Below, piece after piece: positions 10,319-20,386 of a stretch of 64,000 bases of DNA. This DNA is from an uncultured bacterium. GTDB lineage: Bacteria; Bacteroidota; Ignavibacteria; Ignavibacteriales; Melioribacteraceae. A program made the position numbers and the translations under genes. Where the stretch lies: assembly GCA_937936675.1 (NCBI GenBank), contig CALDDL010000012.1:2670-66669 (forward strand), given 5' to 3'. The notes below the pieces were generated by a model, which was given only the letters and a program-made list of their open reading frames with translations, searched no databases and was not told the origin of the DNA. Each line of letters starts with the position of its first letter. Positions within the stretch are counted from its first letter, which is position 1.

Positions 10319-11656
10319 TTAGAAAGATATTGGATAGATTAATGATATCCGTGGCTCAATTCTTTTCTGAGGCTTGTAACCGATAATATTATCTAAGTCA
10401 TCTCGAATAGGTGTAAAGTTCCAATGATACAGGATCGAAGCGAGTAAAAAGGGATTGATTTTATATCCTAACTCTGCAAACAGATATGAATGCTCATCAG
10501 TCGTTAAAAGATCACCAAAGTTTCCAATATTAATTTTGTCATAACCAACATTAAAAAGAAACTGCATTGATTCAGGAGCTAATTGTCCTCGAAGGTGTAA
10601 TATTCCGCTATTACTTATTCGATCAAGTTTTTGATAACTACCTAATACTTTGAATAAGCCTAGCGCACTTCCATATAATTCTCCATAATAACCATTGCTT
10701 TGATCAGTTGAATATTCTAACTGTTGAACTTTACTTTTTATTTCTCCTGTACTCTTATTTAGATTAAATCTTTCTACTTCATATAGGGCATTAAAATAAG
10801 TTGGAATATATTTATCGCCATTGAACTGTCTTTCTATCTTTGCCTTTATGTCAAAAATACCTAATCCATTAAAATCTGCCATCAAACCGATAGCCAATCC
10901 GGAGCCAAAATTAATTATCTTATTAAAATCAGAATATAAATCTAAATCAATTAATTTAGTGGAAAGTAGCGGGAGTCCAATATCAACACCTATAAAAGTT
11001 AAGCTTCCTTTGTCATTTGTAGGTTTTAATATATCAAGATCGTGATAATATGCTGCTTCTAAAATCCCCGCATTTTCATTCATATCAGTTGCAATAGAAA
11101 TACCAGCTTCTAACATTCCAAGAATAGGAGTTTCTCTTAGATTTGTAAATTGAAGCGGACGAGTATAACCTCTAGCTGCAAATATTCCAGCTCGTGCAAA
11201 ATTGCCATAAATAGTTTCAAATCCAAAACTGTTAAAATCCATATCAAACTCTAATCCTATCTTCTTCGAATCAAAACTTGTATTATTATTATAAAGTCCG
11301 ACTATTGTTCCATGCCCAATTGTAGCATAATCTAATGCTCCGATTCGAGCATAAACATTATCTCCTTTATGACCATATCTAATAAATCTGATTATACTAA
11401 TATAGTCTGAAGCCTCATTAAAATTTTCAGTTCTTATATTACCATCCGAATTCCAATCAAGATTAAGATCTAGACCAAAACCAAAATTTGCGAATTGGAA
11501 TTCAGGGAAAAAGCGAAGCGAATAATTTGGATTTCCGTCTATCCAAGTCATTCCGGCTGCTCCGCCAATAAAACTTTTATCACCATTCATTAAAAAATAT
11601 TGTGCATCAATTTTACCGACACATAAAAGAAGAATTAATAAAATTATTTTTTTCAT
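10319..11656 (-). CDS. Putative outer-membrane beta-barrel protein (unknown family)
   Basis: The likely start is the internal Met (MKKIILLILLLCVGKIDAQ signal peptide). The sequence has alternating beta-strand character and ends in an aromatic residue (...YPISF), a BAM beta-signal. Its start lies 1 nt after the stop of the upstream C25 gene. Confidence 0.5.
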   Translation of the reverse strand: MKKIILLILLLCVGKIDAQYFLMNGDKSFIGGAAGMTWIDGNPNYSLRFFPEFQFANFGFGLDLNLDWNSDGNIRTENFNEASDYISIIRFIRYGHKGDNVYARIGALDYATIGHGTIVGLYNNNTSFDSKKIGLEFDMDFNSFGFETIYGNFARAGIFAARGYTRPLQFTNLRETPILGMLEAGISIATDMNENAGILEAAYYHDLDILKPTNDKGSLTFIGVDIGLPLLSTKLIDLDLYSDFNKIINFGSGLAIGLMADFNGLGIFDIKAKIERQFNGDKYIPTYFNALYEVERFNLNKSTGEIKSKVQQLEYSTDQSNGYYGELYGSALGLFKVLGSYQKLDRISNSGILHLRGQLAPESMQFLFNVGYDKINIGNFGDLLTTDEHSYLFAELGYKINPFLLASILYHWNFTPIRDDLDNIIGYKPQKRIEPRISLIYPISF

Positions 11657-11657
11657 A

Positions 11658-14600
11658 TTACCGTATAATAGCAAGTTTATTTATGGAAGTAACCGATTTA
11701 TTATCTTTAATCGAAATTAGTTTGTACAAATATACGCCATTTGCCAATACTTCCCCATCTTCATCTTTACCATCCCAATAAATTCTATTAAAATCATTTT
11801 GCAAGTCAGAACTTGATAATTTTATTTCTTTGATTTTTCTTCCTGTAAGGGTGAAAATATTTACCATCATTTCATCCGGGATCTGTGTTAGCTTAAATGT
11901 GAAATAAGTTGCATCACTAAAAGGGTTGGGATAATTATATACATTATGAATTTCTAAAGAATTAGTAACCTTAAAATTTTTCCGGAGTACCCATTCTTTT
12001 GAATTAATTAAATGACTTTCTTTTAGAGAAAATTCTAAAATATATTCACCATCATCCAATTTTGGTTGATAATTTATATCTACCATAGGGTATGTAAGAA
12101 ATTCATATTTTATTTGTGGATCATTTAGATGAATTTTTTTTCCATTTAGTTTTATTGAAATTAAAGAAGTATCATCCATTATAGTATTATATTGCTCTAA
12201 TACTTTTAAATTCATTTTAGGATTACTGCTTATATAATCCCCATCATAAACTTCATTACCATCAATTTTCAAATCGAGTTTAATAATCAATGGTTCTAAA
12301 TAAAAATGAACTTCCTGCATCAATGTATTATTGTCTTTATATAATTCAGCAATTTGATTTTCAGGATCGATTTCAAAGAATAAAGTTTTTCTGCCCGGTT
12401 GAATTGTAGGAAGATAAATTGAGAATAGACCCTGCTTTGCTGAATGAGGGGATATTAAAGGAATTGTAGATTCAAAAATTCCTTCCGTCTTACCATTATC
12501 ATCCAAGACAGAGCATTTTACCAAAACATTTTCTGCTTTTACCTCTCCAATATTAGCTAATCGAAATGAATAAGAATTTCCATTAATTATTTTTAGTGAG
12601 TCTCCCATTAATTCCTGAAATGTAATATCAAAAGTTAATTCGGGACAAGATTCATATTTTGCTGCAATTGAATAGATTTCTGGTGCCGTAGAAGCATCTT
12701 CACTTGTTAATTGAGATACTAATTTTATGTAACGATATTTCTTTGAATCAATATTGGAGATATCCAATAAAGATAAATCTGAGAATGTATTCAAAGTATC
12801 ATAAACATTCTCACCGTTTTTGCCTAATAAGAAATTATTTATTCGACTATTATTAACTGATTTGGCATTAATCTCCAATGATTTCCATTTAGTCGCAGGC
12901 CCGATATCAATAGTTTTTAATTCCCCCTTGGAGGATTTTAATGAATAATCAGAACTTATCTCTATAGCTCCCTCTGCAGGTGAAGAATAATTTTCTTTGA
13001 CTTCTGATGAATTAGCATTTTTCCATCCTATCATTGCCCAAGAACTTCGGAATTTTAATTTATCTATGTAGCAGCTACCAAAGGACTTTATTTTTGTTAT
13101 TAATTCTTGGTCAGTAATTTTTCCATCATCAGAGATGGCGAATGCCATCAAATAATTTGATGAAAGAGTATCCAATAATTTCTTATAATTTTCTATTACT
13201 TCTTTTCCACCTCCGTAAGTATTAAAATAATAATAATTTATAAAGCGAATATCTTTTTTATCGAAGACAGCAATATGATGCCCTACCTTATAATTTTCCG
13301 GGACATAGTTGGTATCATTCTTTAGAATCAATGCACTTCTTCCATCATGGAATCCCGCTGATTTTACTACTAATTTAATATCCTTGTTCGATAAAATAAG
13401 AGCTTTATTTTTATAACTGAGATTTGAAATCTGTTGTTTTTCAAACCCAGTCGAATCGGAAATTAAAAAATCATATTTATCTGTTTTTATAAATGAGTAA
13501 ATCGGACTAGTAAAATCTTTATCCGCTACTTTAATCCAATATCGTTCTTCCTCCGGAAATTGATTTAATGGAATTACTGTATATGGTTTACTCAAAAATG
13601 AATTATAAACTTTATGATTGGTGAAGTCTGATTTTGCAGAAATATAATATTGAGCTTTAGAGAAATCAATGTTTGGGGGATTAATGAAATATATTGAATC
13701 CTTTATACAATTTTCATAACTGTAGTCGAGAATTGGAAGATACTTGCTCATATTAACAAAAAAACTATATTCAAATGAATTATCATTTTCATCAAACTCA
13801 TCTATTTTATTTGCAGAATCTAAATTAAAAATTAGTGTATGTTTACCGGGTCGATTTTTAATAGGTACAAAAAAACTTATTGAATCTTTTAAGATTGGCA
13901 GAGACAGAAAATAATTTCTTGATGTTGTTTTATCATAAATGTATGATAGAATTAATTGAAAAGAATCTTTTAAAGCACGTCCAATATTTTTATAGACTAG
14001 ACTAAATTGAACCGAATCTTCCAATTCAGATAAATTATTTAAATCCTTTTCCGATGTAAGTTTTTCAATTTTCAAATTTGGTTTGTCTGGAAGCCGTAAT
14101 TGAATAATTGGATCGCCTATTATTATACTAGTAAGAGAAAACAGTTTAGCAATTTCCGAATATCCACTATTTTTTATCAGTTCAGATTTTGTTTTAATAA
14201 GAGATTCCGAAATACAGTGAGATGAATCTTTAAGCAAAAATGTATAAAATAGTTTAGGGGCTTCTATCGCAGTAGAAATAAATCCTGCCGATGAATTACC
14301 TATATATGAAATTGCACTGCTATTTTCTCCTACAGTCATTAGCTCTGCAAATGATGTTACATCTGGTTCTGCGAATTTTGCAGTTACACATCCAAAATCA
14401 GTAACTAACGAAGCTTTATCAAATTTGTTTTTTAACTGAGCTGGTTCTGTGATTGTATTATCCCAAGTTCGTGTCCCACTATGTCCTATATAAGATATAA
14501 ATAATCCACCATCCTGAATTTTTTCGGATACATATTCCGGTGAGTAATTACCAAAATTTGTTAAGGGAGAAATGGTTTTATAGAAATGATAATATTCACC

Positions 14601-16373
14601 TCCGATTGGAGAAGGTGCAACGAGACTATCAATTACATAAGAATTTACATTTCTTAATTTATCCAATTCTGCTTGGCTATCACCTTTCCCACCCGAAAAG
14701 AAAAGAAATCTTTTATTCCAATCTGTATATTCTGAATTAAGATATTCTTTATGTCTCTGAAAGTATCGATCAAATTCTTCTATACTTTTTATTGGTAATC
14801 GACCGATTTTGATTCCCTGAACGAGTGGATTAGAATCAAGAATGCCAAACCAATTATCACTTACCGGTGCTCCATAAGACGCGACATAATTTTTCACTTC
14901 AGAGAATCCACCATTAATATGCCGGTAACTATAATAATCATGAGTAGCCGAGCCTACAAGTAACAGATATTCTATTTTGGGAGATGACCAATATTTATAT
15001 GCATGTCGAATAAAGCTCCTAATAGATTCAGGGTTAAATTCTCCATAAGAAAATTGGTCATAAATATTTTCGACATCTACTACTTTTACTATTTTGTTAT
15101 AATTATTTTTTATAAAGTCAGAATATTCTTTTGATTTTGGAATAAAGGGCTCGGCAGTTAATATTATATATTCTGCCACATTTGAGCTATTGAATAAATT
15201 TTCAATAAAAGAACTTATTCCAACAATACGGGGTTTAGATATTCTTGATTCAGATTTTATGAAGACTTTAATACTATCCGAAACATAAATAGGAAATTCT
15301 ATAATTCTATTAGTGGAAATAACAGAATATTTTTTAGTGCTATCACCTACTAACCATATTGAATAATTATCGGAAATTGCATTCTCAATAGATACTGAAT
15401 GTCTTTCTTTAATTCTTGTTAACTGAAAATGTAGAGAATCATTTTTTAATTTTATTCGACGAGGATACTCAATTTCAAACCAATCAAATAAAGTTGAGTT
15501 TAGTAATCCACCGGTCGGGAAAGAGTATATTTGTATCGAATTACTCCCCTCTTTTAAAAGATTAGCTTTATCCGATGAATTAAGTACTACATGCTTCGCT
15601 TTATTTATATAAGTTGAGTCATAATATTTATTTTGATTATTAATGCCAAGAGCAACAAGATGCGAATTTGTTTGAAGATCAGTCCCGAAGCTTTGAAGTT
15701 TTGCATAGAAATAAAATGGCTTATCTTTCATAATATCTGAGCATATAAAATTTTGACTAATTTTACCACCTGCATTTAGTAACCCTTGCGACCACGTCTC
15801 ATTCTCAATCCAGTCCGGCAATTCTTTTCTTACCAAATTATCTACCGAATAATCGAATACATTATTCTGTTCTAAATGAATTATGGAATAATAGGAATCA
15901 AGAAGTGGATAATTTCTTATTTCCGGCAGGTATGAACCAATATGATTTCCCGGCTCTCCTTCCCAACTAATAAAGTATGTCGTGGAATCTGTATATCTAT
16001 TTAGATACTCATTATATGGATGATTGTACTCTGCAACCTCTCTATGCTTGCCACCATAGTTCCGATAGCCAATAAATTCAATAAAATCATTTTCTTCTAA
16101 CCACGGATAGCCGTCATCTTTCACATAAATTGGAATTTGCTCTCCATGATAAAATATTTTTAATTTAGAGCAATCAACTGAAGATAGATTTATCCCGAGC
16201 TTCTTAAAATCTTCCCCATATATTCGATAAATATCATCGGCTCCCACTTTTAATTTAATATAGGTAGAATTTTCATTAAACCACTTCGTCTGAGCAAATC
16301 CTAAATTAATAATGATGAAAAACAAAAGTAGGGTTGTACCGAAACTTCTATGATTAATTTTGAAATAGCTCAT
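11658..16373 (-). CDS. Very large C25-family (gingipain/PorU-like) cysteine peptidase with T9SS C-terminal domain
   Basis: The preferred start is Met28 of the track ORF (MSYFKINHRSFGTTLLLFFIIINLGFAQ signal peptide). A His/Cys dyad context, YIGHSGTRTW...(about 28 aa)...DFGCVTAKF, resembles the C25 catalytic pair. The C-terminus reads NYPNPFSDATYFTF...NKLAIIR, a T9SS CTD. Confidence 0.7.
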   Translation of the reverse strand: MSYFKINHRSFGTTLLLFFIIINLGFAQTKWFNENSTYIKLKVGADDIYRIYGEDFKKLGINLSSVDCSKLKIFYHGEQIPIYVKDDGYPWLEENDFIEFIGYRNYGGKHREVAEYNHPYNEYLNRYTDSTTYFISWEGEPGNHIGSYLPEIRNYPLLDSYYSIIHLEQNNVFDYSVDNLVRKELPDWIENETWSQGLLNAGGKISQNFICSDIMKDKPFYFYAKLQSFGTDLQTNSHLVALGINNQNKYYDSTYINKAKHVVLNSSDKANLLKEGSNSIQIYSFPTGGLLNSTLFDWFEIEYPRRIKLKNDSLHFQLTRIKERHSVSIENAISDNYSIWLVGDSTKKYSVISTNRIIEFPIYVSDSIKVFIKSESRISKPRIVGISSFIENLFNSSNVAEYIILTAEPFIPKSKEYSDFIKNNYNKIVKVVDVENIYDQFSYGEFNPESIRSFIRHAYKYWSSPKIEYLLLVGSATHDYYSYRHINGGFSEVKNYVASYGAPVSDNWFGILDSNPLVQGIKIGRLPIKSIEEFDRYFQRHKEYLNSEYTDWNKRFLFFSGGKGDSQAELDKLRNVNSYVIDSLVAPSPIGGEYYHFYKTISPLTNFGNYSPEYVSEKIQDGGLFISYIGHSGTRTWDNTITEPAQLKNKFDKASLVTDFGCVTAKFAEPDVTSFAELMTVGENSSAISYIGNSSAGFISTAIEAPKLFYTFLLKDSSHCISESLIKTKSELIKNSGYSEIAKLFSLTSIIIGDPIIQLRLPDKPNLKIEKLTSEKDLNNLSELEDSVQFSLVYKNIGRALKDSFQLILSYIYDKTTSRNYFLSLPILKDSISFFVPIKNRPGKHTLIFNLDSANKIDEFDENDNSFEYSFFVNMSKYLPILDYSYENCIKDSIYFINPPNIDFSKAQYYISAKSDFTNHKVYNSFLSKPYTVIPLNQFPEEERYWIKVADKDFTSPIYSFIKTDKYDFLISDSTGFEKQQISNLSYKNKALILSNKDIKLVVKSAGFHDGRSALILKNDTNYVPENYKVGHHIAVFDKKDIRFINYYYFNTYGGGKEVIENYKKLLDTLSSNYLMAFAISDDGKITDQELITKIKSFGSCYIDKLKFRSSWAMIGWKNANSSEVKENYSSPAEGAIEISSDYSLKSSKGELKTIDIGPATKWKSLEINAKSVNNSRINNFLLGKNGENVYDTLNTFSDLSLLDISNIDSKKYRYIKLVSQLTSEDASTAPEIYSIAAKYESCPELTFDITFQELMGDSLKIINGNSYSFRLANIGEVKAENVLVKCSVLDDNGKTEGIFESTIPLISPHSAKQGLFSIYLPTIQPGRKTLFFEIDPENQIAELYKDNNTLMQEVHFYLEPLIIKLDLKIDGNEVYDGDYISSNPKMNLKVLEQYNTIMDDTSLISIKLNGKKIHLNDPQIKYEFLTYPMVDINYQPKLDDGEYILEFSLKESHLINSKEWVLRKNFKVTNSLEIHNVYNYPNPFSDATYFTFKLTQIPDEMMVNIFTLTGRKIKEIKLSSSDLQNDFNRIYWDGKDEDGEVLANGVYLYKLISIKDNKSVTSINKLAIIR

Positions 16374-17430
16374 AATACTGTTCGGCGACTGTTTTCCAAT
16401 TATACTTTTCATTAATATATTCCTTTGCAAGAATTTTAATTTGACTATAATCAACTTTGTTGGATTCTATATTATTTATTTGATTGGTAAATGTTTTTTT
16501 TTCAAATAACAATCCATATTTATCAGAAATTACTTCTTTATTATAAATAGTATTAAGTGCTAAGGTAAGTGCTCCGTTTCCTAGTGCTTGAAGCAATATT
16601 GGATTTGTACCACCAAATTCATGTCCATGTAAATAACAAAAACAGTTTTTTAATAAATGATTTATTCTGCTAATGCTTGTTACCAATCCCAATTTGACTA
16701 TTCTATTATCTTCTATCTGAATAATTTCATTATGATAATTATCTGATTTTTTTAATTCCCCAACAACTACTAATCGCTTATTAGTGTTAGATTTGAGCAA
16801 CTGTCTTATTAAAAAAAGTATATTATTATCAGGAATAATTCTTCCAATTATTAGATAATATGAATTAGTTTCAAACTCAATCGCCTCACTTTCAGAGATA
16901 TAAGTATTTGCTCCATAACTGATATTTTTTGTATCTATTTTGAATTGATTTTTATAGAAAGAGGATATTTCTTTTGAATCGGCAATTAGATGATGAGCAC
17001 AAATTTTTGAGATTCGAGCAGAAATATAAAAATAACCTTTCCCAATTATATTCCATTTCTTGCGCCTCCATTCAATTCCGTCAACGCAAATAATTATTTT
17101 TCTGGAAGTAAATACTTTCTGCAAAAAAGCAAAAGGTGCATTTGCAATATTGACATAAAGGATAATATCACATTTAATAAAAAAAGAATGAAAAGTTGAT
17201 TTGAAGGAATGAATAAATTGGGCAAGATTTTTTCTTTCTAATGTACTTATATTTATTCTTGAAATTTTATTTGAATCATAAGATTCCAAGAGTTTTATAG
17301 TATGCGGTCGTTCATACACAATAAAATTAATATCTCTATCAGACATATTAATTATAAGTTCTCTTATAAAGGTTTCAAATCCTCCATAGACAACATTGAA
17401 TCCATGAGAACCGATAATGGCTATATTCAC
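16354..17430 (-). CDS. Glycosyltransferase family 4 with N-terminal DUF1972-type domain
   Basis: GTG start. The N-terminus NIAIIGSHGFNVVYGGFETF matches the DUF1972 signature (IIGTRGIP..YGGFET). The C-terminal EFGGTNPILLQALGNG is GT-B/GT4-like. Confidence 0.8.
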   Translation of the reverse strand: MNIAIIGSHGFNVVYGGFETFIRELIINMSDRDINFIVYERPHTIKLLESYDSNKISRINISTLERKNLAQFIHSFKSTFHSFFIKCDIILYVNIANAPFAFLQKVFTSRKIIICVDGIEWRRKKWNIIGKGYFYISARISKICAHHLIADSKEISSFYKNQFKIDTKNISYGANTYISESEAIEFETNSYYLIIGRIIPDNNILFLIRQLLKSNTNKRLVVVGELKKSDNYHNEIIQIEDNRIVKLGLVTSISRINHLLKNCFCYLHGHEFGGTNPILLQALGNGALTLALNTIYNKEVISDKYGLLFEKKTFTNQINNIESNKVDYSQIKILAKEYINEKYNWKTVAEQYYELFQN

Positions 17431-17447
17431 AAAATTTTATATGAATT

Positions 17448-18326
17448 ATGAGTAATATCAAAAAGAAAAAAACTCTTTCACTTATAATGCCATTTTATAA
17501 TTCAGAACGATTTATAAAGCAATCCAGCTCTTCACTATTAAATCAATCATTCGATAATTTTAATCTATTCTTAATCAACGATGGTTCGACTGATAATTCT
17601 TTAGAAATCATTAAGTCGTTCAAAGATAATAGAATAATTTTACTTAATAAAGAGCATAGTGGGATAATTGACTCTTACAATTACGCATTAAATTTTGCAG
17701 ATACTCCGTTTGTGGCAAGAGTTGATTCTGATGATATATATCTGAAAGATAAATTTAATCATCAAATTGCATTTTTAGAAAATAATAAAAATATCGATGC
17801 AGTAGGAACAGGAGTAAAATATATAGGAGAAAATAACAGAATTTTCCCGAAAAATATTTCACCTCCGACTGAACATAATCATATTATTAAAAATCTTTTT
17901 AATCTATCTCCTTCACTTTATACTCCCACGATAGTTTTTAAGAATAATAATATTGATGAACTGAAATTAGAGAATGATTTTTACCCCGAAGACTTGAACT
18001 TTTTTCTGAGATTTGGTGCCACACATAAATTTTCAAATATACCAACGGTTTTAACTCATATTAGAATTACACAAAATGGATATTCCTCACAGCATTTCAA
18101 TCAATTAATAAATGATTTTATAATTAAAAGAAAAGAGTTCCTAACCATGGACCATTATTCAAATATTGCATTTAAAGAGATCGATTTAGAAGAATTTATA
18201 ATCAAACGTGAATTGCTTTCTGCATATCTCAATTCACCATTATTGAAGTTACCAGAGATCTTTATTAAAACCATTAGAACTAATCCAAAAATATTTATAA
18301 AACTATTTAGAAAATTAATTTATTAA
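17448..18326 (+). CDS. Glycosyltransferase family 2
   Basis: SLIMPFYNSERFIKQSSSSLLNQSF..LINDGSTDNS plus a DSDD acceptor motif. This is the only + strand gene in the locus. Confidence 0.85.
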   Translation: MSNIKKKKTLSLIMPFYNSERFIKQSSSSLLNQSFDNFNLFLINDGSTDNSLEIIKSFKDNRIILLNKEHSGIIDSYNYALNFADTPFVARVDSDDIYLKDKFNHQIAFLENNKNIDAVGTGVKYIGENNRIFPKNISPPTEHNHIIKNLFNLSPSLYTPTIVFKNNNIDELKLENDFYPEDLNFFLRFGATHKFSNIPTVLTHIRITQNGYSSQHFNQLINDFIIKRKEFLTMDHYSNIAFKEIDLEEFIIKRELLSAYLNSPLLKLPEIFIKTIRTNPKIFIKLFRKLIY

Positions 18327-19502
18327 TCTGGAAATCTCATCCACGCTCAATTCATATTTTTCATCCCAGAAATCAATATTTAGAAGAAAAGATTCTATAT
18401 AAGCAGGCAAATTATGCGAGTCTAATTTATCGAAATATGTATTTCCGATAAAAATTACTTCCTTACCGATAATTTTAGCTAATAATCCGACCGATGAATT
18501 TATGGTAATGATAAATTCACACTCCTCAATTAGCTCATATATATTATTATTCGTTATATTAAAGCCAAGTATTTCTTTAAGACGAAAAACTTCTTCTATG
18601 AAATTAATATTTTCTTCAGCGGGATGAATTTTCACAACTATATTCATCCCTTTTTCAATCGCTATTTTATTTGCTGCATTTATTAAATCGAAATTGTCAA
18701 ATGAAGAATGAAATAAGAGTTGAGAATCATCAGGAATTTGTAATGGGACTAGTATATATGGTTTTATAATTTGAGATTCATGTTTATCACTTCTATATAG
18801 AGAGCTAAGGAATAATTTAGTTTTAATTTTTTCTTTTATGCTTTTATTTGAAAGACGATGAATGCTATGAAACCAATAACCATATAAATCAATCATGTAC
18901 AAATAGTTAATATTTTTCACTCTCCTTTCTTGAGGCAATAATGTCTCTGACTTTAATGTATTTATATAATTCTTGCGCCATTCATTATAATGAGATGTGT
19001 TAACTTGTAGATGAGACAATTGATCAATATCTGAATAAAGAGAGGAATTTGCATTAGTCCCTGTATTATCAATAAACATCTTCCCTTTGATATTGGACAA
19101 TTCAAAATATTTGCAGTTAAGTCCAACATCAGATGCAAAATCTTCTAATGCTCGATCAATCACTCCAAGTCCATTAAAAATATAAGTTAATCTGAAAAAA
19201 TATTTTTCATTCAACAGATGGAATAATTTTTTTGAATCCCGATAAATTAACGAGGCAGTGTGTTCATCTATCATACCTGAGTTAACTTCAAGGAACTCCT
19301 TTCTATTATTATCAACTGAGTCTGAACTCTTATTTTTTTTTACTAGATAGATTTTTCTGCCTGAAGATCTTCCTATCAAATAAACAGAAAGGCGTATCGT
19401 TACAAATACAATTTCACACGAATATGATTTTAATACACGATTTAGTTTATCGAAAAATCTGTATTTCTGAATCGAATCTACGCTTGTAAGAATATATTTC
19501 AT
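18315..19502 (-). CDS. Capsule polysaccharide biosynthesis protein, KpsC/KpsS-like (Capsule_synth family candidate)
   Basis: 395 aa. The segment ILVPLQIPDDSQLLFHS resembles the PLQ-x-x-D-S-Q motif of the KpsC/KpsS beta-Kdo transferase family. The gene sits within a polysaccharide locus. Confidence 0.5.
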   Translation of the reverse strand: MKYILTSVDSIQKYRFFDKLNRVLKSYSCEIVFVTIRLSVYLIGRSSGRKIYLVKKNKSSDSVDNNRKEFLEVNSGMIDEHTASLIYRDSKKLFHLLNEKYFFRLTYIFNGLGVIDRALEDFASDVGLNCKYFELSNIKGKMFIDNTGTNANSSLYSDIDQLSHLQVNTSHYNEWRKNYINTLKSETLLPQERRVKNINYLYMIDLYGYWFHSIHRLSNKSIKEKIKTKLFLSSLYRSDKHESQIIKPYILVPLQIPDDSQLLFHSSFDNFDLINAANKIAIEKGMNIVVKIHPAEENINFIEEVFRLKEILGFNITNNNIYELIEECEFIITINSSVGLLAKIIGKEVIFIGNTYFDKLDSHNLPAYIESFLLNIDFWDEKYELSVDEISRLIN

Positions 19503-20386
19503 GTTATGGGATACTCTTTTTTCAATAGAATTTTTCTTCTTGATGTAATACTCCCGATTAATAAACCCTCAACGAAAGAAAGTATATTATTAGGTTGATA
19601 TTTTATTATACCTAATAGTTCAAATAGTATTACTCGTAGTAAATTCCTAATTGTAAAATTTCTATGAGTCTTATATATAAATAAAATATTTCGAATAAAT
19701 ATTTTCTTTTTGAATTGCTTCATCATTGGGTATTTATAGTTATAACGGAAAATGCTTAATAGTCTATAATTTTGTTTTGGATGATAGATAATAGATTTAG
19801 TAATTGTAACGGAGGGAATTCCCTTTTCAATTGCTTCAAGATAATAATCAAAATTATCACCTTGTTCCCAATAGTAAGGATTCGGAAAACCAATAACTTT
19901 AATCGCACCCCGAGGAATTAATGTACCATTAAAATAATTTGCCGATTCAAGCATTTCATAATTTATTATTTCTTTTATATCAAGAGACAATTTACCATTT
20001 ATATACAATCCAAAACATGGATCGTTAGTTGACTTCTCGAGACATAATGAATTATAGATTTTGTTATTATCATTCACCCATTCAAGTAAATATTTTAATG
20101 AATTATGTTCAGGTTCATTGTCATCATCCATACACCAGGTTAAATCATAACCGGCGAAATAAGCATGCTTAATACCCGCAAAGAAACCTCCCGCACCTCC
20201 GCTATTCTTTTGTCTTATCGCTTCAACATATTCTTGACTTTGCAAATACTCCCAAGTTCCATCATCGCTGGAATTATCTATAACGAATATCTTATCAATT
20301 TGATGACTTTGATTACATAATGAATCAATACATCTCTTTAAATATTCGAGTCGGTTATATGTTACAACTACAGCTGCAATTTTCAT
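19499..20386 (-). CDS. Glycosyltransferase family 2 (possible galactofuranosyltransferase by context)
   Basis: KIAAVVVTYNRLEYLKRCIDSLCNQS plus VIDNSSDDGT and MDDDNEP motifs. A 4-nt overlap with the upstream glf suggests translational coupling. Confidence 0.85.
   Translation of the reverse strand: MKIAAVVVTYNRLEYLKRCIDSLCNQSHQIDKIFVIDNSSDDGTWEYLQSQEYVEAIRQKNSGGAGGFFAGIKHAYFAGYDLTWCMDDDNEPEHNSLKYLLEWVNDNNKIYNSLCLEKSTNDPCFGLYINGKLSLDIKEIINYEMLESANYFNGTLIPRGAIKVIGFPNPYYWEQGDNFDYYLEAIEKGIPSVTITKSIIYHPKQNYRLLSIFRYNYKYPMMKQFKKKIFIRNILFIYKTHRNFTIRNLLRVILFELLGIIKYQPNNILSFVEGLLIGSITSRRKILLKKEYPIT

Noticed and set aside
16374-16454. N-terminal extensions given by the ORF track for the C25 gene. The same issue affects the TPR gene (26509-26559), the beta-barrel gene (11657-11674), rplU (63292-63303), malQ (48147-48152) and the OMP at 59234-59254.
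   Set aside because: Internal starts yield proper signal peptides or canonical N-termini with better SD spacing. The extensions would overlap upstream genes or contain the SD itself.
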